NCBI GenBank assembly: GCA_047495785.1
Contig: JBLDXI010000006.1
Coordinates: forward strand, 248,001 to 312,000
Length of the DNA: 64,000 bases
Source: Lepidodermella squamata
Taxonomy: Eukaryota > Animalia > Gastrotricha
Direction of reading: 5' to 3'
A model generated the notes under the pieces. The model had not been told where the DNA came from. It worked only from the letters and a program-made list of their open reading frames with translations, and ran no database searches. Below, piece by piece: positions 50,235-61,857 of the stretch; position 1 is the first letter of the stretch; each line of letters opens with the position of its first letter. The position numbers were made by a program, and so were the translations under genes.

Positions 50235-51385
50235 CTACATTAAGGAAGCGCGGCACATCGGACACGTTGGATTAGCAGCCAACCACCGGTTGACGCACAG
50301 CAGGTGAAATCGATGGCCACAGGCTAGGGTCCGCGTTGAGCAAGCATTTGCAAGCATCGAATCCAAGCAGATCGAACAATGTTGAGCCGATGACGCATAC
50401 AGAGTTTCAAAATCTTAAATTAACAAAAAAAATGATTAATAAAAATTTTATAAAATTAAAAAAAAATCACTTCCTGTTTCCTTCATGTCTACTGAATTTT
50501 AAACTGATGAAGTATTTTATCGAATTTTAGGCAGTTTTATTTTACAAAGTTCAACATTTTTTTGAAAAATTAAAATTATTTTCAGGAATTAAAAATTTCT
50601 TTAATTCGGAAAGTCCCAAAAAATGAGATAATTTCAGATTTTTGGTTTGGGTTTATAAAAGGTTCTGAAATCAACTGCTTACTGTTGCCACCAGCATGCA
50701 GTAGCTGTTTTGCGGCCGCATAGCTCGCCTCAGCCAGGGCAAAGTAGTAGGCTGATTTCGACTCAGCTGTCTCATAGCATTCAGCCTCGACCAGAATCGC
50801 AAATTTTCGAAGAATCGCAGTATTCCGGAAATCGGCCTCTATTCTCAAATTGTCGACAACGTTCTGGAGAACCTTCTGCCGCTCAGCGACTCCGAAATTC
50901 GCATGCCAGTCGAATTTGATGGGCACCAAAGTCGGTTGTAAATCGATGACTGTATCGACTTGAGCCCCAGCATTTCTAGCCTCGGCAAGTTTCGGTTGAC
51001 TTCGCCCGCCCAGCGCTCGAACTTCAGCACAAACCGGGCACTTGCTGTCAACGCAGTGCTGCCAATGCCGGATAATTTGACGGGTCGATCGGCACGATTT
51101 AAACGGGCAATCAGTCTCGTTTCGGCACTGCCTCAAATGCTGGATAACATCGGTCATTCGTTGGCAATATCGAACCTTGCACTCGTGATGAATTTCGGTG
51201 ATATTTTCGCCATTAGCTAGCGCCAATCTCTGGCAGATATCGCGCCGTTTTGAACACTTTCTCGCGTGAAGAATCAATATTAGGTGATTTTGAATACCCA
51301 CTCGCTTAGCCTCGGGCAGGGTTGGCGATGAGTCGGGAATCGGTTGCTGATCATCGGTTGGCGGGTAACTTTGCGCGGCAAGCAT
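50235..51385 (-). CDS. TAZ1 zinc finger + KIX + RING-H2 protein, ~293 aa (exons 51385-50683, 50413-50235)
   Basis: TAZ1: IQNHLILILHARKC...C...C..M..V..H...C....C...SC.STRQII.HW.HC....CPVC. KIX: DWH......R....N.V......E.ECYE.AESK..YY..LAE. A phase-1 intron (a|gtaagc ... tttaag|at) joins CSIC-x15-CGHRFHLLCVNRWL-x4-TCPMCR. Confidence 0.82.
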
Positions 51386-52338
51386 TGAAAACTATTTGAT
51401 AAAATGTCTAAACTTGAATTCAACCCCTTATATATAACTAATTCGGAGGAAGGATGTGAGGTTAATGGTAAATGATGTTTGAGGACATTTAAACCGTCAT
51501 TTCCAAGCAATTTAGTGCGATAAAATTAGTCAGATTACGCGTATTAAGAAAGGGAGATTGCTAAAAGTCTTTCATCGACAGTAGGTACTATATTTAGGTA
51601 GGACGGTTCCTGGATAAAATGCTCATTGTTAATTTTATAGCTAACCTGGTGCAACTTCCTATCGTACTTTTTTATGCTATATTATTACTCATACTACAAC
51701 GTGTTCATACGTGTGATGATTCATTTAATAATTTTGACGTAGCGCTCTGGCGCATTGACCCAGTGTGGGGAATAATTTAGACATTTTAATTCAAAAAAAA
51801 TTCGAAGCCACAATCCATACAGTCATCGCGGGCTATTGATGAGTCGGGCTCTATTGACCTGACGGCAGACATGATTTATCCTATGAATATTATTAAATTC
51901 AAAATAATTTATTTTTATTTATTTTTAAAATAAAATTAATCACGAAAATTCCAAAAATTTGAAAAATTCCGCTTTAAAGTTGATTTCGAGTCCTGCCATT
52001 TTTGGTTCGGCAACAGGCAAATTGCTGTCCGCTGAAAAGTTTATTCTCAGAAATTGTCATTTCACTCAATTAATTTCTCTCAAATTTACTAATTTTTTAA
52101 ACTTTTTAAGATTCTTAATTGGTTTGAATTGATTTTTGAAAACAGGGAAATAACAGATTTGATATTGTAGAACATATGCTATATTAATACGAATAATCGA
52201 TCACAAGCATCAAATATTGTCATTCCATAGTTGTCATTTTAGTCTCCACGTTATTTGCTTGGCAAGCATTCGTATTTACCTTGAACAACTGAATAGTCTC
52301 CTAATATTTTTTTCACAAGTTGCAAATGACTCGTTCGG

Positions 52339-54129
52339 ATGATTTTGATATTTTTCCAAATTTTTATTCTTATTCAGCATCAACCGCTGGTAAAATGTGA
52401 AATTTCAAAATCAAGCGGCGATGTTGATTTTACTCCACCCGATGAAGCTGTTCGAGAGATGCTTGTCCGTCGATGCAGTTTATACTCGAGTTTGTCTCGG
52501 CCTGTTTTCGACCCGCAGACCTACTTGAATATTTCGATTTCTGTGACGCCGATGAATTTCGGCGGGCTGGACGATCACGAGCAGGTTTTCACCCAAACAG
52601 CCGAGGTCGATTTGGAATGGGTGCATCCATGCGTGCCAGTAACTGCAAATCGGCCAGAATGGCTGAATTTAACAACGAAAAAAATTCGTGAAAATTTGAA
52701 AAATATTTGGCGGCCAACTGTTTACCACGTGAATGCTATTTCGGAGGTCATTTATCTTGATGATGATAATAGAAATCCGTATGTGACTATCCACCAAGAT
52801 GGTAGAATCGCCTGGCCAATTCTCGGCAATTTCATATCAGTTTGCCGTCTAGAGTAAGAATATTCAAATTTCACCTAATTATCCCAAGAAACGTGGGGAT
52901 AAAATTTGAATAAAATTTGAAACCTCTCTGTCTTCTTGAATTAAAATTTCAGAATTTTAATAAATTTATTTTGATTTTATAAACTTTAAAATTTATTTAC
53001 AGAAGAAGCTCATATTTTGTGAAATAATCATGTTTTTCAGTTCTAGAAAATCAGGAAAAATCAGGAAAAATTTGAAATTTAGAGAACATAAGGGGATGTC
53101 GATTTCCGCTTGCTGGGAAAATTTCCAGAATATTTAAATTTAAATTCAAGTTTATAAAAATTGTTGAAGGTAAGGGTAAAATTGGATTAAGGGTTTCCAA
53201 CTTATTGAATGATTTTTTTTAAAATTCAGGTTCGCTTTGGAATGCTTTATATTTGGTACCGTTTGTAAGCTGGCATTCCAAGCTACCAGGTGATTAAAAC
53301 CAAAAAAATTTGAAATTTTTTTGAAGCCTTCTCAGACAAGTGAAAGTATTGCAAAAAGGAGGATTGGCCGAATTTACAATTTTTTAATTCAAACAGCGTA
53401 TTCGTTTTGGATTAAATTTTCCCATTCAAAATTCTACAAAAAATTTCTAATTTTTCCTCAAGTTTCCGCCGTTTTCCTTACGACACTCAAAACTGTTCAA
53501 TCGAAATCGAATCTCTCCGATCCGTGAAAAGCGTACGATTCGTCCTTCAAGGCCCTGGAATCTTCCTTGAACCCATCGGCCTTCACAATTTTATATCGAA
53601 ATCTGAAATTTGGTCCCTAAGAAAGGTCTCCGCCGATATTTTAACCCTGAAATACAGCGGCGATGAAGATTCCTACCACCGCGCCGTTTTCAGCTTCCGA
53701 TTCCAGCGAAACGGAGCCATCTACGTTATATCGATTCTCGGCCCGTGTATTTGCCTAACAATTCTACTCATGTTCACCTGGCTGATGCCGGCCGAATACC
53801 CGGATCGACCTGTCTTCTGCATCACGGTTGTCGTCGCATTCGCCGTGTTGCAATCAACAATTTCCGACAGCATCCCTAAATCGTCAGACATTCCTTACAT
53901 TATCGCATTTTTATCATTTAAATTAGCATTAGGCAGTGTTAGTTCCCTCTATACCCTACTGACCTGTACCCTGGCGAGAAAGAAGGCTTTTAAAAAGCTG
54001 CTACCGGTCACCTGGGTCAAAATCAGCTATTTAACTGCTTTAGACGTAGGAATTTTCACCTTTCTTGCCGCATTTTGCTTCATGTTCGACATGGCAATAT
54101 TCGGCCTAATGCTGCATGATGATGAATAA
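52339..54129 (+). CDS. Divergent nAChR-like Cys-loop ligand-gated ion channel subunit, ~393 aa (exons 52339-52853, 53463-54129)
   Basis: Signal peptide, SRPV, IWRP, DGRIAW. Splicing restores the canonical Cys loop CRLDFRRFPYDTQNC. Four TM helices with a very short M3-M4 loop. Confidence 0.85.
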
Positions 54130-54166
54130 TAAAATGACCTAGTTTCGTGACCTAGCGTTTTATTAT

Positions 54167-57100
54167 TCATGACCTTAGTTTCACATCGCACGCATTTTTA
54201 AACAATTTCCGCAATTGACACGGTTTACACGTAAAAATGTCAGAATTTTCGGTGTAATAATACGGCGCATCGCGTTGAGCCCAAGGCCGCTCTGAGTGGT
54301 AACAGGACGGGACGTGCTGAACAGCTAACCGCCTATCGTCACTCCTCGCATCGGTACTCGCGCCATTTTCAATCAAAAATTGAACTGCAACTAAATTCGT
54401 CTTAGCAGCAGCTTTCATCAGAGCTGTCCGGCCGGCTTTGTCCTTAAAATCGATTTCGGCGTTGTTTTTCACCAGAATTTTAAGGACCTCAATGTCAGCC
54501 CCGGCCGAGGCTGCTTTCATTAGAACCGTCTCGCCGTAACTATCGCTGGCGTTAATTTCAGAATTCCGGCTTAAAAATAGTTCGATCAGCTTTTCCTCCA
54601 AGCCATAGCCGTTTAGGACAAGCGCCATTAACGGGGTTCGACCATCTGCGTCGCACATCGTCACGTCAGCCGCGTACTTTTCGACGAGGGCAAAGATCAC
54701 CCAGGCGGAACAGTGGTTACAAATCGCCTTCATCAACGCCGTCTCGCCATTTCCAGATTTTTCGTTGATTTTCGCGCCATTTTCTAGTAAAATCTCAACA
54801 ATCGCAGGATCGATAGCTCTCGAGCATTCTTCGATGTAAATCATCAGGCTATTCCGGCCGTTTTTATCAGTATCCTCAGGCCGAGATTTAAAATCGACAG
54901 CCAAGGTTCGAATTAAATTTTCATCGGGTAAGCTCGATTTTTTTAAAGCCAGAATTAACAGAGTTTCGTTTCTCGCGAATCGATAGTTGATATCAGCTCC
55001 ATTTCCAGATAATAAAATTCTGACGATTTCAACCCTGTCGTCACTGGGTGATTCAACTGCCATTGAAATCGCGGTTTTACCATCCTTATTCGCTAGATCA
55101 ACTCTAGCCTTGAGAACTGAGACCAAATAACGGATTATTCGCAGCCTCGATCCGGGCAATTTCATCGCTTTTATAACAGCTGTTTCGCCATTTTCATCCC
55201 GAGCATCGATATCGACTCCATTTTTTAAAAATCGATCAATTGTCTCGAGAGACACGTCCGGGTTCAACTCGATCGCCAACATTAAATTCGTCTTACCGCC
55301 AATAATTTTCGGGTCGAATTGCAGGCCAGTTTCTAGAAGGACTACAACCATTTCTTTCGCGCCTTTATCACTCGATTCGATCGCGCGTTTTAGGGTGGAT
55401 TTCAGGAAAATCGGGTCCAATTTCGAGAAATCAACGCCGCGACCAGCCATTTCTCGAACAACGCCCTGCCAGTTGCAATTAACAGGTTTCTGAAGTAAAT
55501 TTTGATTCGACGAAATTTCCGATAAATCACAACCGTTTTTCACCAGAATTTCAGCCGCCATCGAATTACGACATTCAAATGCCTTAATTAAGGCGGCCGA
55601 CCCATCTTGAGCTGCCGCATTGATTTCAACCCCGTTTCCGATGAGTAACTTCAAAATCGATTCTTGATCGGTAATTAGCTGGAAATTAGCCTCGATGGCC
55701 TTCATAATAGCCGTTTGACCTTGGCAATCAATCGCGTTGACATTTGACCCGAATTCGATTAGAGCTGAAATCGCTTCTTTATTACCAAGCTCAGCCGCGA
55801 GCAGTAACGGGGTCAATTTCGACGAATTTTCCGAAGATTCGATATCGCAGCCTCGATCAATCAAATTTCGAATTATCGATTTTGAATCATCCGTCGATTT
55901 TAGAAAAGCAGCGCAGTAATGTAAGGATGAGAAATTTTTGCTGTCCAATAGCTTCGGATCGGCTCGATTCGCCAGTAAAAATTCGACTTGATCATTCAAA
56001 TTTCTACAAATCGCCTCCTGTATCAAGGTTCTATCGACCAGGTTGAAATAGGAAATTTCGCAATCTCGCCCTGATTTAACTCGAATTTCTTTGTGATTTG
56101 AATCGAACTTCGAAATTAGATCGCGAAAAATCGAAGGCTGTTGCGTTCTTTGCAGGGCGATCGGCAGCCATTCAGGTTTTATCTCCGCTGATTTTTCGAG
56201 TAAAATCGAAACCGCCTGGCAATTTCTGGTCTCAATCGCGAGTAACAACGCCGATTTCCCACTTTTATCCGCTAAATTCACGTCTAAACCAGCTTCGATT
56301 AATTTTTCGATAAAATTAGCGACAAATTCGTCGTTCGTTTTCGGTGAATTACAAGCGGCGAGATGTAAGGCGTTGCGACTGTTGAATTCCGGAACTAAAG
56401 GATCGGCGCCTTTTTCCAACAAAAAAGCCGCGACTTGGTATTCTCTCGATTTTATCGCAGTTTGAAGCGGCGTCATGCCACTTGTTGATTCCTTCAAATT
56501 AATCTCAGCGCCGTAGTGGAGCAAGGTCGCAATCGCGGTCAAATTTCCGTATTTAGCCGCGGCTGCTAGCGGGGTTTCGAACCAGTGCGATTTTCCGTTT
56601 ACACTCGCTCCATTTTCGACAAGAATTTCGAGAATTTCGCGTGCTTTTTCTGACGATTGTTTGATGATTGATAAAACAGGAGCCGTATCACCATCAAGGC
56701 CGTTGATATCAGGGTGAGATGAGTTTAGTAATGATCGGACTTCATCTACATTTTCTTCAGCAACAGCTCGAGCCAATTTTCGGGTGTCATAAGCCTGGAA
56801 ATTTTTCCAGGTTTAATTTATTTTAAATAAAATTAATTAATGAAAAAATACCGATTTTAGTACAAGATTTCGGGCATCAGATGGGAATACCATGCGGATC
56901 TCACATCGTTGTAGGTGATTCAGACGCGTTGCTAGGAAATGCATCGATTGATCGTAAGATATCGTTGATACGAACCATAAACTATCTTGGCCCTGGAAAA
57001 ATTTTAGAAATTTCGATTTTGAGCTCAATTTCTTTTTTAAATTCGACCTTTTCGATGACATCGACGACTTCGAAAGTAGGTGTCATGATGACAAAGGAGC

Positions 57101-57839
57101 CGCTGCAATCTTGTGTGGTTCGAATTGCGATTTTCAACGTGCTATTGCTGATTTCCTAAAATATCGAAAATCAAAAGTTTTTAAAATTTTGAAATTAAAA
57201 ATTCAATTTTTTTTAACTTTCAGGATTTTATTCAAAATTTCCAAAATGTTTTCCAAAAATGTGCAAAAAGGTCACATAATTATATTAGAAAATTATTACC
57301 TATTTTTTGAATTTGATTTTTTCTAATTTTCCGAATTTTCCCGATAATTCCATTGAATTCACATGGATAAATTGAATAAAAATAGGTTCATTAATTACCA
57401 GTGGCTGAATTTGCCAGACCAGCTTCCAAGTGCCCATTCTGACGCGCTCTCGAAGACTCATCTGAGCTGGCTTCAGGATCAGACCCTCGCTATCTTCTGG
57501 CGACTCGTTATTCGCCCCAAACTGCTGGCATCGATTCAGAAGAGCTTGAAGCCGCGAAAGAGCCGCTTCGTCCTTACTCAAAAATTCACTAGCAGCCTCT
57601 TTTCCGAATTCATAGATCACCAAAGCCTTCCAAAATCCTTCGGAATTGACGAATTTATTCCATCTTAAAAAATATTTTTCAGGTAATATTTTAGAAATTA
57701 GGGTAAAAATAACGCACCTTCGACTAACTCGAGCGACCCGGTGAAAAATATCATGATTTTGGAGGTGGAGAAAAATCTTGGAAACAATTTCAACAGGTAG
57801 AATCTTCAGCAAATCGAATCCATCATCAGGTTGCTCCAT
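54167..57839 (-). CDS. F-box + FBA-like + long ankyrin-repeat protein, ~1095 aa (exons 57839-57718, 57663-57363, 57155-57048, 56992-56864, 56794-54167)
   Basis: F-box LPVEIVSKIFLHL...VARVSRRW and four phase-compatible GT-AG introns. The 869-aa ankyrin ORF has no Met for ~100 codons and is preceded by an in-frame acceptor (ttccag|gct). Roughly 20 ankyrin repeats. Confidence 0.68.
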
Positions 57840-58060
57840 TCAATGTATAAATTAGTTAATAGAGCTTAACGAGTTACTAGAGATAATGTAACACGTTATC
57901 TTATCTTAGTTCTTTGAAAAATCTGTCACTCGCAAACAAAAACGGCGGCATGTTACGATTCTGTATTTATTCAATCCTTAGGCAGTGGTTAAATGTTTGA
58001 TTTCAAATCACAAATAGAATCAAAGAACGAAAACATGACAACAATTTCGAGAGGTATGCA

Positions 58061-59468
<1,408 letters not shown>

Positions 59469-59644
59469 TTACGACAGGGTATCCTATAAGAAATGATTGT
59501 CACTCTGCTGCAGAATGAAATAGCTGGTCATTCATTATCAAATAAGCTGCGTGAGAACACCGTATCAGCAGCCTTATCTCACCGGCAAATGTATTATTGT
59601 TGTGGACACCTCCGCGGCAGTTAAATATCATGAAAGTCCAATCT

Positions 59645-60608
59645 TTATTTCATCGTAAGTACAAACATAATTGGCAGTAAGTTTAGCGATTTCACTATCG
59701 AAGCGGATGATCGGCCGGTTTTAGCTAGGCCGCAGTCTCGTTTCGCTGGGGCTGGTTGTAGACTGGCCTCCTTCACCGCCTCGATTTCATCTACAGCTAG
59801 AGCAGTATCAAACAGGGCGACAGGGCCCAGAGCCTCACCAGGGTGCATATTGAAGACCTTGAATGGGTAACCATCCTTGCCTTTCATCTCGAACTGGCCG
59901 AGGATTAGCCAGATCCACGTGTAGCCTTTCAAGTTCTTCACGTGATTCAGATCGTAATCGAACGACATTTGACCGCCATTGCCGTCAGACATTGTAAAAC
60001 TCCTAGCTCCCCAATCGTAGGACAGGGTGATGAATTGCCACGTTCGAGGCTTTAGGTAAAGAACCGATAAGCTTTGGCTGATTGTTACATTGCCTTTTTG
60101 GTTATCGGAGTAATACGCAACTGGTTTGCCATCAGGTTGAGCGAGGAAGCCTATCGAAGCCGTGTGAGTTTCAGTTGTCCACGTCATGCCAACTTTCGGC
60201 TCTTGATAAGAAATGTTGAAATTAACCGAAAACATCGCTGATGTTGTGTTTCCGTTCGTTTTGAACCAGAACGCTAGCGTGAAGCCTTGATCTAGACGGA
60301 ACCATCTGTAGCTTGCAATTGGCGATTCTGTCCGAGCAGGGGTGAAGGCGGTTTCTGGCTGATTGGCTGGCCCTAACGTGAATTTAACATCTCCGTTCCA
60401 GTAGGCGTCCTTATTACACCTTGAATCGGTCAAAACTCTAGCGCGATTTAACGGCAATTGTAGGACTAGAGCATCGAGACGAGGCCAGTTTGTTACAGCA
60501 AATGTCGAACCTGTGCGAAAAATGAAGTATATACCCCTCAATTTCGAGCTTGAATCATAATATACCGATTGTTGCAAGGAAGGTTAAAATAGTTGCGAGA
60601 AATATCAT
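59645..60608 (-). CDS. Secreted/GPI-type LamG/pentraxin-like protein 4 (exons 60608-60566, 60510-59645)
   Basis: Signal exon MIFLATILTFLATI, phase-1 intron, then NWP...ALVLQLPLN, LGP, GFTLAFWFKT, WQFITLSYD, VALFDTAL and a hydrophobic tail. Confidence 0.7.
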
Positions 60609-61339
60609 TTTTATTTATTGACAACAATATTATAGAATAGGCGGCGGGTTAGAAGAGCGTACCGCGGCATCGTGTGTTGAAAAAAAACAGCGACCAATCA
60701 TGCTCATTTTTCGTGAGTCAGCTTATAATAACACACATGGTGTGGATGCTGATATATATAGACTTCATAGCGCAACAATAGAGAGTATGTAGAGCGCTGT
60801 ATTAATAACAACAATGAGGTCATTTTTTTCCTAATAGATATATCTATGTATCCGTTGAGGATAGAGAGCGCGGAATATAATAATTCATAACGATATAATC
60901 TGCAAACATCTGCGCCGATTATTATTTTCTTTGCGCTCGGTTGGTCTCAAAGGGGGCGCAGTGAATTATCGATCGATCGGACATTTGCTAACAAATATAT
61001 AGAAAATTATTGGTGAACCACGCTTTTTGAATGGTCAAGGTTGAGGCCGCAGATATTATAGCAGAAGAAGCTAATGTTAACCGGAAACTTGCGCTCAAAT
61101 GGCAACGTAGCCGCTACGGCCATCAGAAATATCAGACATAAGATAATTTGGCTTTATCGATTTTCGTATCATAACACTGGTTGAATTGAAACTGCGATCA
61201 CCGATAAGTTTGGTTATTTTTTTGAAAATACCCAAAAGGATCCTAAAAAAGCAGGTCTCCTTATAGTTCATGAATTTTGAAGTTTAGTTCCAGGCTCTGG
61301 AAATTGTTCGCAGTTCCATTGTTTTCGTTTAGTTGCAGC

Positions 61340-61470
61340 CGTGCTCAGCGCGTTCGGATCGGATTCAGCAAGTTAGAAACTTCAATTGATTCTATCTGTG
61401 AAGCCAATCAAAGTAAAAGCCATTCCAACTGCCACTGCGCATTTATAGTTGAAGACATCACATGATTGCA
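61340..61470 (-). pseudogene. Possible decayed fragment of a class C GPCR paralog (TM3 region)
   Basis: Minus strand reads SSTINAQWQ, then with a frameshift VGMAFTLIGF. Compare ISSILQWQIGLALILIGF in the adjacent receptor. Short match only. Confidence 0.3.
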
Positions 61471-61857
61471 GACAACAGACCTCTGACTCGGAAATATTTG
61501 CGAAATAAGGGACAAATAGGTTTGACAAAACACAAATTTATTCACGAACACCCGGAAGGTCCCAGGTGCAAATAGACAATAGACACGTGTCTGTGACTAT
61601 AAAAAGGAACTATCGATTTGATCATATTCGAGCATTAGCCATAGGCGAGACACTATTGAAATAAAGAAAAAATGAGGAGAACAAAAAAGGTTCATCGAGA
61701 GGACAAATTAGAGGTCCTCCTAAGACTTAAGACTGTACAGAGTTTCGGTAGGAAACATGGGACCTTTTTTGTCTTTTCAGTTTTAAACGCTGTTAATATC
61801 AAGTTTATTACAGATTCTTATTCACATTTTAGAGCCGTCGAATAAAAAGCTTCACGG

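Noticed and set aside
50582-50682. C-terminal 33 aa of the TAZ-KIX ORF as given in the ORF track
   Set aside because: It begins exactly at a consensus donor and is AT-rich intron-like sequence. The spliced RING-H2 exon is far more plausible. Similar read-through tails affect many ORFs in the track.
53230-53289. Candidate extra exon in the Cys-loop channel (FALECFIFGTVCKLAFQAT)
   Set aside because: Direct splicing 52853->53463 gives the canonical 13-residue Cys loop, and inclusion would disrupt it.
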